A DNA stretch of 64,000 nucleotides from Octopus vulgaris (lineage: Eukaryota): contig OX597825.1 in assembly GCA_951406725.2 (NCBI GenBank), positions 49,228,001 to 49,292,000 on the forward strand, read 5' to 3'. Under the pieces are notes generated by a model that was not told the DNA's origin, ran no database searches, and saw only the letters and a list, made by a program, of their open reading frames with translations. The position numbers and the translations under genes were made by a program. How positions within the stretch are numbered: position 1 is the first letter of the stretch; the number at the start of each line of letters is the position of its first letter. Shown in pieces: positions 38,412-51,261 of the stretch.

Positions 38412-38581
38412 CAACAACAATAACAAAACCAACATCGAAAAATAACTTAGGAATGAGAACCCAGGTTCGAAATTTCTCCAAGACACCTGATGAAGGCTGG
38501 CGGGTATATCAGCCGAAATGTTTTGTTAACAACATACAAGATGAGGACAAATATCGGTTAAATGTAAATAATGTACATAAT
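38259..38581 (+). mobile_element. tRNA-headed SINE-like unit carrying a minimal hammerhead, flanked by an inverted copy of its 3' tail; inserted in the Helitron
   Basis: A box TGGCGTAGTGG 38312-38322, B box GAGTTCGATTCC 38334-38345, (TAA)n, then GACAC-CTGATGA(38487-93)-a-GGCTG..CAGCC-GAAA(38515-18)-TGTT-TTGTT. Tail 38551-38581 is inverted at 38259-38298. Confidence 0.68.
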
Positions 38582-38759
38582 GAAGTAAATAATATTTTCC
38601 TAAACAATAGATCCACTTATTTAGTGGATCTATAGTTAGTGACTTATTTATTAATATACCATGAATGACGATGTCTTTCATGTCACTTCAACCAATTGAC
38701 TAGCGCTGCACGAAAAACTGTTCTGCTTTTAGATAAATGCAACACAAAGGTCACACCCT

Positions 38760-40950
38760 GTTTATATGTAGGAACACCTTAAAATCTACCTGTACGTCGT
38801 CAACATAGTCAGCGTGTATATTTCTGAGAAGACAATGCTCGAAACGTATTTCTGAATCCATGAGAAACTACTTTGACAACTTTCTTCAAATTATGCCAAT
38901 GTGATCTGTTTGCCGGAACACTGTTGTATGTAGAGGTCCCCGTGTAATATACCTCGGCACACATTAGATGGAACAGACGCAAGCAAGGAACACAAATTGA
39001 GGGCTGGGTAGAAGATGCTGTCTTCAGAAATGAAGCCATTGGGGTGCGGTGTACACTGTGCACTCTAATCAGCAGGAGTCCTTCTTTCTGCATCTACTGC
39101 TCCTCACTGTAGAGGTCCTACATCATTCACAGACTTTCGAAGACACAATGGGAAGTATGCACAACCTATGGAGAAGCCTTCGCCAAACATGGACTACTGG
39201 AGGACGAGGATGCTCACTGGGACCAGACACTGGAGAGGGTAGTAGTCAGCACAGCACTAAGTCAACTACGCTAGCTATTTTCTATCATGTTGATAACATG
39301 TGGCTTGCGTGAACATTACAAGCTTTGGGCGATCCACCAAACCAGCATGGCAAAGGACATCTAGAAAGGATTCAAGGGCAAACCTTAGCGGAAATTGCTC
39401 CGTTCAATAATACAATTTACAATGAGGCATTACTTTACGTGGACACCCGAAGGAAAACAATGGGAAGCCATGGCAATTCAACATTTGGTCTGGCTCAACC
39501 GTGCAGGCAGCAAAAATTCTCGCAGTTGAGTACCTGTGAGAAATCAGCTCTGATATCGAGGAAATGACGATATATATAGCTGATAAAGAACACAATCTGA
39601 TGGAGGACCAACTAAGTATTTATAACACCATTATTTCAAGCATTGAAAATAAAAGGGGAGGTCTTTTCTTTCTAGATGCTCCAGGTGGAAAGGAAAAACA
39701 TTTGCCATCAAAGTTCTTCTGGCTAAATTGCGCGAAATGAAACACATTGTCATAGCATTGACATCACTTGGAATAGCTGCAACTCTGCTAAGTGGTGGCA
39801 GCACAGCTCTTTCTTGTCTGAAACTCCTTTTGGACCTGTCCGAGAAAGAGAAAGCAAACTACAACATCATTCATGGTTCTGCAAAAAGGCAAACTTATGG
39901 GTGAATGCAGGTTGATTATCTGGGATGAAGCGACAAAGAGCCATAAGGTCTCCTTTGAAGCTCTAGACATGTTCCTTCAAGATCTGAGACAAAACACCAG
40001 GCTCAGGGGAGGTACCACAGTCTTGCTTGCAGGAGACTATAGACAAACTCTTCCGGTGCTTCCAGTGGGGACAAGAGCTGATTAAGCAAATGCAAGCATA
40101 AATTTGTCCTACCTATGAATCGTTGTGTAAAAGCTAAGACTCACAACCAAAATAAAAGTGCATCTCAGTGGTAATGATGCAGTCAGAACCTTTCCAAAGC
40201 AACTGTTGGACGTCAGTAATGGCACTTCGGTTGATGAAAAGTATGGCCGGGTAAGCTTGACTTTTGAACATATGGTATCTGATTTAAAGGAATTAATGAA
40301 CAAGGTAATTCCTAACTTTAGGAACCAGTTTACATATCACAACTGGCTTAAAACCCTTGCTATTTTACCTCCAAAGAATTGATGATTTGAACTTTAAACT
40401 TCTGGAACAGTCGCCAGGTGAGCGTCACATCTACAATTCCATTGACTCTGTACTCAACATCGATGAAGATGTGAATTATTCAGTTGAACTCTTGAATAGT
40501 CTAACACCACCTGGCTTCCCATCTCACAACTTGCACCACAAGATTGGACACCAGCTATGCTGCTTCGAAACCTCGATCCAGCAAAGTTTTGCAATGACAC
40601 ACGACTTATAATAAGGAAGATGAGGTCAACAATCTTGGAGACAACAATTTTTACTGGGAAAGCAAGCGATGAGCCTATATTCATTCCTACAATTCCATTT
40701 ATTCCCTTGGATATGCAATTCCAGTACAAGCGCCTGCAATTCCCGTTGAAACTGGGCTTTGCAATGAGCTTTATCAAGGCCCAGAGACAGTCCTTGAATG
40801 TGGTAGGTCTGAACCTTTTGGTATCAGTTTTCTTCCACAGCCAACTTTATGTGTGGTGCTGAAGAATCGGCCACCCTAATCATTTGTTTATTTATGCCCC
40901 ACAAGGAAAGAACGAAAATGTTGTTTATCAAGAAGCTCTGCAAATTTAAT
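38760..40950 (+). pseudogene. Helitron RepHel C-terminal part with PIF1-family helicase, decayed
   Basis: QRVYF, TTLTTFFKLC, GPTSF, GLLED; Walker A FFLDAPGG/GKTF; LIIWDEA; LLAGDYRQTLPV; MLLRNLDP; RLQFPLKLGFAMSFIKAQRQSL; HSQLYV. Confidence 0.9.
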
Positions 40951-43769
40951 ACGATTCACCAAATCATCAAGTATTTATTCTTTAACTGCAATATTTATAA
41001 GTATTATAAATATATTGATAATCTACATGTTATTTTATTTTTAAATCTATATACAAATTTATTTGTATGCCTACAGTAAAACTAAATATCAGTTGGTTTC
41101 TACATTCATTGTAATTCTATTTCAACACTAGGTTCCCTGAGGGTAATATTCTCTGGGAACGCACAAAAGCCCTTTTCAGATTTACTTACTTTGAATTGTT
41201 ATTATCCCATATCTGATTAGCCTGTTATTACGTACCATGTCTCACAAGTTTAGTATGCATAAAGTATTGCTATTTCCTCCTAAATTCTATATACTCTAGG
41301 AACGCATTAAAGCCCTTTTCGGGACTAGTTTATTTGAATTCTTACTATCGGGTAATTCATTTTTTTGTTATTACATAACTTATTGGGAATTCCTAAAACC
41401 AAGATCCTGTGTAAGAAATTTCGGTATTCTCTGTAAATGCAAAACAAACCGCTTTAAGGGCTACAGGATTTGTATTGTTGTTATTAGATAAGCGAAACAA
41501 TTATGAGAACGGAACCAAAGGATTAGCCCCGCTTCTCTGGGAATTACCGGGTACGTCAGCTAGTCCTATAATAGGAAGATATTTAGAGTAGCCTTTCATG
41601 TCTTCTGTTACCTCAGGAAAAACATTGAGCTTTATGGAAAATCAGTTCTCATTCAGTACGTCTGCGAAAACAGTTACTTATGAAGCTCTTAAATAGATTA
41701 AAATATCCTAGAGACAGTTTTCAGAGAGCATGGATATCGCTCTATCTAATAGAATCTCTTTCTTTACTTATCGTTGCTTATATATGTTTTTTAATGTCGA
41801 ACTTTAAACAGTTGCATCCCCAAGAATAAGATAGTTTGAAAATTCTACCATGACTTTATGTGCACACACGCTATATACATACATACATGCATATACATAT
41901 ATATATTTTTGTATATATATATATATATATATATATATTACATCTATATATATATGACATATTTTGTATGCGTGTGTGTATGCGAAATGATTCTTTGATC
42001 TTAAGTAATGTAATAAATTTAGACAATATTTTGCCTTCTTATTGATAACGATTTGCCAACTATTTGTCAAATCTTTTTAAGTAGAAAGAAATAGGAAACA
42101 AGAAACAAAATATGCAATAACCTTCTTAACCTATTCAAGATATGCCAACTGGTTTCCTCTAAATAGTCTTGCAACGATCTGAAAAGCTGATAGTCAGATG
42201 GAATTAGCACAAACTCATGAGATTAACCAGAATGAGGCAAAACCTCCATATTTCATTACATAAACATTTCCCTAATCATTTTCTAAATGATTATGACTCT
42301 AAATATGCGACCACGTACCGACTCGGCTAATATGTACCTTTGTATTATTGTGCAAGTGCAATACCCTTTTGCGTTTGCCCAATGCTAAATTTTGCGCAGA
42401 GCTTCTAATTGACACCATTAAGTGTTCCGTTTTGGTTTAACGACATGATAGTCAACATTCTTCATATTCCACCAAACTCAAAGCATAAAACTTCTCAGGT
42501 TTATTCTCCTCCTTCGCTAGATGCTAACCATTATCGTTTACGTTGGATATGATTATAGAGATTCCAATTTTCATACCCAGGAAAGAGTTCGGTAGTGAGT
42601 CAACTCTTCAATGATTAAGCTGAAACGCGGCCAGATCATGGACCGACTGACAAGATTTAGAAACTTTCTCTAGTTTATAAAAGTGATTAATGAACCAAGT
42701 GTTACTTGAAATGAACTGCTCTGCTTAAATTTTCCTCAGTTACATTTTTGCGAATCTTCGTATAGATAGAAGCTGGTCTTCCACGTGAACACTTAGAGCT
42801 TCATTTCTCTTATCAGACGAATATATCTAGCCGTTTCTATCTCTAAATGGGTAAAATCTATACGAATTTAACCACTGTGGCTCAAATTAATCTGCAAAGA
42901 AAGCGGGAACGATTAGAATATTGGGATATAAAAAAGTTAATGCCTATTTTACCGTAAGTATTGAAATATTGATCACAACAGAAATGCGACATTTTCACTC
43001 CAAACTGTTGAGTCACGCGATACAAGGGTTCCTTCATTTATGTGTTGGAAGAAGGGAGGATATTATTGTTACACAGATGCGCTGTTCCGTAGGCTTTCAA
43101 GTAATCAAGGGCTAAATGTTTAAGAGTCAGGTACAAGTATGAAGCTGGGCGACGTACAAGGTTCCCAACCAGAAATCACGAACGGTCCATCTAAACGAAT
43201 TTGATATAGATTTCCTGTACGAAATCTTGCTCTCAAGAATTTGTTTGAATGCAGCTCTAAGAGGAACGAAACAGCAAAAATGATGCATAAAGGAAGTGAA
43301 CGCAAAATCAAATAGTTTTGAAGCAAAGTTTTTCAGAACACAGTTATGCTTTCTCTCAGATTTATTTTGATACGTATGACACTACGTATCAAATATGCAA
43401 TGGAGGGTTTGGATGGTTTTATGCAGCAGCGTAAATGAGAGAACCTATGTTAATGAGAGAACCTATGTTATGATGCCAATTGTTCAAAGTTTTGTAAAAT
43501 TGTATTGATCTACCAAATATTGCATAAAAGTTTATTGTTTTATGAATGGCGGTAATGCTTATGGTACCTTAGAACTATTTGAGATTGGTCTCAATAACTC
43601 TGATTAATACAGTGGCATGATTTTGGGAGAATAAGGTATACATTCGATTGGAGAACTATGTAGTATTGCAATGCACAAAACATCGCTCTATATCAACAAC
43701 GTATCGCATCAGAGACTTAGATCCCAATAAATCAATAAATCATTAACAATTATGTCTATATCTACCGAT

Positions 43770-43862
<93 letters not shown>

Positions 43863-43880
43863 AATACATACATACTATCA

Positions 43881-43926
<46 letters not shown>

Positions 43927-44290
43927 CTATATATATATGTATATACACATACATATGAATAGCTAATCTCAGTATTCAAATATATCGAGCAGTGCTTTGT
44001 TAAATTAGCGCTTTCGAATTCTCTTACAGAAATTGAAAAACGAGCTGAGGCAAGTGCATCTTACTCTGGATTACAGGACATTCAGTCATGACATCAGAGT
44101 TCAGTTATTAAAATTCCACAAAAGTTTGCCTAAACCTTCTCTTTGTCTACAGACACTGCATGCATACATACACATACATACGCACATACACACATATACA
44201 TGTGTATGAATGTTAGTATCTTATGTTGTTTTATTCAATGTTATGAATTATAATTAATATTAATATGATATGATATGATAGGATAGGATA

Positions 44291-44357
<67 letters not shown>

Positions 44358-44360
<3 letters not shown>

Positions 44361-44676
44361 GAGTAAAACCCCCTCCTGTCCAAAGGACGGTGCTGAGTTG
44401 TCAAACATTCAAACCAAATTTTCTCATAACAACTTGTCCGACCGTCCCATAGGTCTCCCCTTTGAGAAACACTGATTTAACCTAAATTTGAGACTCCAGC
44501 AAATACACATTCCCACGGCTTTATCGATCGCTTTCTCATCTGGAATCGATTTTTGTGGTCTTTTCAAGACTTATACACGCCCTGAGACCGTCTGTATCTA
44601 CATATCAAATTTGAGCGCAATCGGATGGAGGATGCCCGAGGCCCAAGAAGACACACAGACAGAACGGATATTATAT

Positions 44677-44690
<14 letters not shown>
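44358..44690 (-). mobile_element. Short non-autonomous Helitron-like element
   Basis: Typical 5' module (plus strand) caaatttgagcgcaatcggatg...cacacagacagaacggatattatattatatata. Small GTCC/GGAC hairpin near the putative 3' end, which is degenerate. Confidence 0.5.
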
Positions 44691-44714
<24 letters not shown>

Positions 44715-44715
<1 letters not shown>

Positions 44716-45020
44716 TAGGGTATTTGTCTCACGATCGTAAAGTCATGAGTTCGGTTGCCGGCGGCGCGTTATGTCTTTGAGCAAGACACACGGTTTCACG
44801 TTGCTCCAGTCCACTCAGCCGGCAAAAATGAATACTCACTTTATTTCAAATGGCCGCCCTTGTCACTTTCTGTGTGACATTGTATCTTTTTGATAACTAT
44901 GTTAAATGTACGCTTGTTTGTGGAGTGCTCAGCCACTTGCAAGTTAATTTCACGAGCAGGATGTTCCGTCGATCGGATCAACTGAAACTCTCGTCGCGGT
45001 AACGGGCAGTGTGTCAGTTA
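44715..45020 (+). mobile_element. tRNA-derived SINE (second family)
   Basis: B-box-like gagttcggttgcc, then ttgagcaagacac...ttgctccagtccactcagc; inverted homologue at 50012-50230. Confidence 0.7.
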
Positions 45021-46432
45021 AATAGAGGCGGCAGGAAAAATGAACTGACTGCATCAAATCTGTTTTTTTCTTTAATATCGTTCCTTTACGCTTATATTTT
45101 TAAAGCATTTGTCTTTAAGTATATACCTACATGCATGTATATACATACACACGCATAAATGTAAGTAACTATATAAATGTATATGTATGTTTATTTGTTT
45201 GTAAGACTTTTTATCAGTATATATGTGTATATGCATATTATACGGATGTATCGTATATCTGTCTATCTGCCTATCTATCTCCCGTTGTCTCCCTTTATGT
45301 ACACACACACTCTAACAGACACATACAGAAACACACACAAACACACACATACAAACACACACAAATACAGAGCCACACACACACATGAATGCACAGTTTA
45401 CATGACATTCTCACACTCTGATATGCAATAACTTAAAGTAGGTGATATTGGAATGACACTTCTACTTCCTTTCAAATACAATTTACACAGAGAAATGAGA
45501 CATTATGCATCGTCATTCCTGACATTTTGGAGATGTAAAAGAATTTCCATCTTTGATCAATAAAACAAAAATCTACTCTTCAACATTTTATAAGTCTCTT
45601 TCTTGTTATCTCTTGATGCCATTTCAATAGCAAGTGTTGTAATATAGTTACGTAAACAACATCTACGTTGATATAAAAGAGCCCGATATTTTAAGACCTG
45701 ATTTTTTTTACAGTAAAAACAACGGGAGAGTTGTAACATTTATGATCAAGTAATGAAAGTGACAGATGTTTGTGTCTTTCTTTTACAATAGCACTATAAA
45801 TATTCATAATATAAAAAAAAATACAGTATACAGTTTGCAGCGTTTGGAGAATTAAGATACAGGCTCTACATAGATATGCTGACAATTGATTATAAACAGT
45901 CGAAAGCCAGTCAATAGATATATCTCGGAATCTCTGTGCTTGTAGGTTAGAACAATATTCAAAACTTGCCTATATTTCCATAATTACATTTATATCTGCA
46001 AATGAGTATTCAGTAGCATTAATTTATGAATTACTATATAATTTACTATATAGATAATTACTATTACGTGAATAGCATAGAATTTTGTTTTAATTTTAAT
46101 AGCTTTTCATTTTTATGTTAGATTTGTGTCTATAATTTTTCTCTCGATTGGCCGTAACCTATTGGTCGTAACCTGCAATACTACAAACAGATTTGATTTC
46201 TATATTTGAAGTCTTATAATCTTATAATTAAGCATAATTAACTCCGTTTAATTTATGCCTTGAAATAAGAGTACATATATAGACACGCAAAAAATCATGT
46301 ATTACGCACATGGAAACGAACATATATGCATGCATGCAAATATATGTATTCATACACAAATATATATGCATAAATATATTCATACATCATACGTACATGC
46401 ATATATAGATATATATATATATTTACATACAC

Positions 46433-46482
<50 letters not shown>

Positions 46483-47634
46483 TGAACATGCACGTATATA
46501 TTTATACATACACATATGTATTATTTAATATTTGTTACATTCACTTAAAAGACACATAGCTCTAGGCATTAGCTAAAATCAACTGATTAGAAATGCAATA
46601 TATGACTATATAGCGTTAATGTCGAAAAACGAATATTCTTTCTTTATGCCAAGTTATAATGACTTGATATCCAAAGCAATTTCTGCATCTTATCTTTATA
46701 TGTAGATACTTATTTATGTAAAAGTTATATCTACAAGGAAAGGGTTTATCTAAATAGCGCTCTAAACGGAATAGTAGGTTAAAGCTGTGCACATTTAATC
46801 AATTTTATTAACAATGTTATCGAATTCTTTCTCAAATAGTGAGAATAGTATTTTTTCAAATAATTGGAATTTGCCGGAAGCAGGGCATATTTTACTGATG
46901 CATTTTTGAAGCATCCAAGTGTGCAGTCATTTCAATCGTTATAGTTTAAATATAATGACGTCACTTCTACTAACGCCATATCTCAATTCTAACAGACACT
47001 TTGTTTATTCTGTTCAGCATATATGTATCTTCAATCAGCTTAATGTTATATATCTTGTCCAATTCCAGAGGACTCGTATAATGAATCGAGAATCAATCAA
47101 AAATCTAGATATGTTACCCACGCATATTGACCTACGTATGTGAAGGTTACCACCAATCACACAATTATGCCGCTGGTGACAAGATGACCTTTGAAATATT
47201 AAATAAAACATAACAGATAATAATTCAATTAAATATTGAAAGTAGATATGTTTGATTTCTCTCTAATCGTGAATGAATAGACGGATTATGAAGTGCATTT
47301 TTTCCGTGAGTAATAAGTTAGTATAGTGATATATAAGACTACACCAACCGACGTATCCTTCCCCACTTTATAATGATAAAATTTAATTTAATAGAGATTG
47401 GCAAGATATTTCTACTGTTTCTAACAACCTTTTACAGGCTGCGTTGTTGGCTCCTATTAATTAGAGTGCAGTTACGCGGATCTTGTTATCTCAACCATTA
47501 CAGTGCGTTAACGACCGGAAGATCAAAATAGACAATTAGCTTCATTAGAGCCTAGTGTCAGTTATGATATATAAGAGACAACCTTGCTTATTTTTGAATT
47601 AAAATATGACGAAAACTTCTTCACATGAATTATT

Positions 47635-47840
47635 CTTTAATGGTTTCAAATTTTGGCACAAGGCTAGCAATTTGGGGAGCAGAGTGTAATTCCACTACAT
47701 CCACCCCAGTGTTCAACTGGTACTTATTTTATTCACCCCGAAAGGATGAGATGCAAAGCCAACATCGGTGGAATTTGAACAGAGAACGTAAAGACGGACG
47801 AAATGCCGCTAAGCTTTTTGTTCGGTGCGGTAATGATTCT
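47635..47840 (-). mobile_element. SINE with Meta-domain-like core
   Basis: ctggtacttattttattcaccccgaaaggatgagatgcaaagcc is the near reverse complement of the core at 36640-36682. Confidence 0.7.
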
Positions 47841-49448
47841 GCTAGCTTGCTCCCTAATCCTTGAAACATATTAGAAACAGATTTCAATTTCAAGAAACTG
47901 AATCGCAATTTGCAATGTTTTAAAAGTATTTCAGTTCATATATAACAGATGAAACAAGTTAGGTAACATTTCACCTAGTTTACTTGAATTACTCATACCT
48001 TTGATAGAAAACTTCTCTATTACTTTGGGACTTCAGGCAACTATGTGAGATTGAACTAGTTGGTGATATATATATATATATATATTCAGACGTACTGGTT
48101 TCATCAATGGTCAGGAAAATCGAGTAATGATCAAAGGATTACTATTACGAATGTAAATGGCTGCAGTGTGTTTCCTCTAAAGTATCGCTGGAGTAAATTC
48201 ACAGCGTACGTAAGCTTGGATATCAGGAACTCCGCAGGCAGGGCCACTATTTCACTGTACTGCGAGGTTCCAGCTACTGTACCATGGAGATGTGGCCAGA
48301 ATCGTAGGCCAGATTCGTTTAGCCGAGCCAACAGGCAGGAAAGCTAGGGCCGGATCGAAAGCGAGATGGGTGTAGAATATCCATATTCTTAGTTACTCGC
48401 AGATGGGAATGCATGAAGTGTTTATAATAACGTTCTTTATGACAGGAACTTTTCGAGAAGTTGCTTCAATACTCTACCGACGTCGACGATCCCAGGAACA
48501 GCGGGTGGTGAAAATGGTTGGATGGATCATATCATGTAATTAAGTAGCGCATGAATATTTTGGTGGAATGATCTCATCTTGTGCACGGATGGCACTAATA
48601 GGCGACGGAGAGATGAAAGGCAATCTTTATACCTAAAAGAATTTACGCGTTCGATTGGATATAGTAAATCATCCAGACTGTCTCTACAAATCTTTGTTAT
48701 ATAAATATGGTTTTGAAATACAAACGTTTGTTATGTGTGTAAAGCATTTCATGATGCCACATTAATATAGAAATACAATGCAAACAGTGTGACATTAAAG
48801 AAGACAACTATTAGTGAAAAAAGAAAGCCCCAACAAATTCATCATCACATTCAGGTAAAGTAAAGCTATATTGCAATAGTGTGCTGTGTATAGATATGCG
48901 ATGTCAAATAGCGCATCCACTCGCCTCCAGCATACCTCTACTCAAAATGTAACATTCTCATGCAAGGAAGATAATGCATGTTTATATTTCTCTTTGATAC
49001 AATACTCTCATTCATTGGTTATAAAAGCCACTCGAAACGCCATGTCAAATTTATCGTCGAAAACTTGATGTTACGTAGTTCTGATGTAGCAGATATTGTC
49101 ACAACAGAATCTCCTTCCAGCTTTGTTTATTACGGAGAATAAAATCTATTCTTTTTAACTGTTATAATCATCTGCATTCATAGACAATTCATTTAAAATA
49201 CGTCAATTATGATGTGTAAGTGTTTAGTGGATGGTGATATGACAAAAACCAACCAGTAGTAGTCTATATCAAGTATATGTATACATGTGTGTGCATATGT
49301 GTGTATGCGTGTGTGCGTGCGTGTGTGTGTGCGTGCACGCGCATCTATGTAATTATAAGTATAAATATACACATACATACATATAAATAAATATATATAT
49401 ATTTATGTATGTATGTATATGTGTGTATATATAGATATACACACACGC

Positions 49449-49532
<84 letters not shown>

Positions 49533-50011
49533 CCACCCAGAAAGAAAAGAACTGATTGTCTTTCTTAAAATATATCTATAAGAGTGTTGAGTGTTTACTT
49601 TATTTACATCAATTTTAAACAAAGACTTTTTCAGTATATACTTTTATTTGGCGAAGAAGCAATGCCAGTGATTTTGAAAGAACGTCTAACAGATAAGTTA
49701 GAGTTAGAAGTGATGTTCGTTTTCAATAGCTCTATGTCAGTAAGAGGATACAGTAAGATCTAAATTTCTGGAAATAAAATACTGGTAAGTTTAAATTGCG
49801 AAACTTGCATGGCCAGACATGATTTAGGAGGGATGGCAAATAATTGTAGCAAAATAACAAGTCTTTTTCTATAGACTTGTGTATAAAGGAAGATTCTACT
49901 AAAATGACTTTTGCTTATAGACAGTTTATCCATTAAGTAAATTTCAGGGAGATAAAAATTTGTAAGCCTAATAGAAACCTGACAATATTGATAATAATAT
50001 CTAAAAACTGG

Positions 50012-50227
50012 CTCACCATCGGTTGCAACGACAAGTGTTCCAGCTAATCCGCTCAAAAGAACAACCTGCTCGTGAAGCTAACGTTGAAGCGGTTGGAACT
50101 CTGTAGACATGTGCACCCTTAACACAATTCTAATGGAGTGTCAGCGTGTCAAAGAAAAATAAAAGGTGCAACACATGTTTAATAGCTGAGTGGATTGGAG
50201 CAACGTGAAACACAGTATCTCCTTGAA

Positions 50228-50230
<3 letters not shown>
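50012..50230 (-). mobile_element. SINE (family of 44715-45020), inverted
   Basis: gctgagtggattggagcaacgtgaaac and cctgctcgtgaagctaacgttg are near reverse complements of segments in 44790-44960. Confidence 0.65.
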
Positions 50231-50263
<33 letters not shown>

Positions 50264-50899
50264 ATACACACACATACACATACATATATAAATAAACAAA
50301 TATAAGGGGTGCGTTGCATTACATAGATATTTCAAAGATTAAATAGAGAGAATACAACAAACAGAAAAAATTAGCAAAAGCATAAACGGTATCTCAGTCA
50401 ATTTCCATGAGATCATAGTGGTTTCGTGCCTTTAATACTGATACCAGTCCGTCTTAGCAGCGCAAGAGCAGATAGATACTGGAAACGAACGGAAACAAAC
50501 ACGAGAGATTAAAATAATATATAAAACAAACAAAGCAAATAATAATAATAGATTATGCAAATACAACAGAAATCTGCTGCGAATTTTCCGTGTATATATT
50601 TTGTCTATATTTCCGCTGGTCATGTTTTGTTAAATTTTTCTGTTTGTTGAATTCTTTTTATTGAATCATTTGTACATGTCTATATGTGTGTGTGTGTGTG
50701 TGTGTGCGTGTGTGTGAGTGAGTGTGTGTATGTATATGTACGTGAGTATATATATATATATATATATAAGCACACATATATGTGTGTCTGTGTAAATATC
50801 TATATATATATATCTATATTATATATACATATATATATAATATGGGCCAAGGAATTACATTTATGTATATGTCGGGAATAGAACAATCTGAGGACCTGT

Positions 50900-51260
50900 A
50901 CCGAGAGCGATAATAATCAAACATCCTGTCAACATCGTGGTGTTTGGAGCGATCACTAATGATGGCGACGTTATGTCTCCATTCATCTTCCCACACGACC
51001 TCAGACTCAACACGGAGGCCTACATCAAGTGCCTGGGGGAGGTAGTGCTGCCCTGGGACAGGAGGGTGGCTGCTAGAAGACCCTATGTCTAGCAACAGAG
51101 CTCTGAACCATGCCACACATGCAGGAGAATCTATTCATAGATGTCAGACAATTTCTGCGACCACATTGCCCCTAATATCTGGCCACCTAACTCCCCACAC
51201 TGCAACCCCTTGATTGGTGAAGTTGTGTGAGAAACCAATGAAACCCCTTATAACACCAAC
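50900..51260 (+). pseudogene. Tc1/mariner (maT/DD37D-like) transposase fragment
   Basis: KHPVNIVVFGAITNDGDVMSPFIFPHDLRLNTEAYIKCL...QQSSEPCH...NIWPPNSPHCNPLD. Confidence 0.8.
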
Positions 51261-51261
51261 C

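Larger units (their letters stand above)
37878..41563 (+). mobile_element. Helitron, internally deleted, both termini intact
   Basis: A|TCTACTACGTATAT 5' end and ...ccgggtacgtcagCTAG|T 3' end (insertion between A and T). Internal RepHel remnant. ~140-bp subterminal repeats at ~41151, 41294 and 41429. Confidence 0.82.

Noticed and set aside
43130-43256. WTVRDF motif resembling guanylate-binding protein G4 region
   Set aside because: A six-residue match in a short closed frame with no other GTPase motifs nearby.
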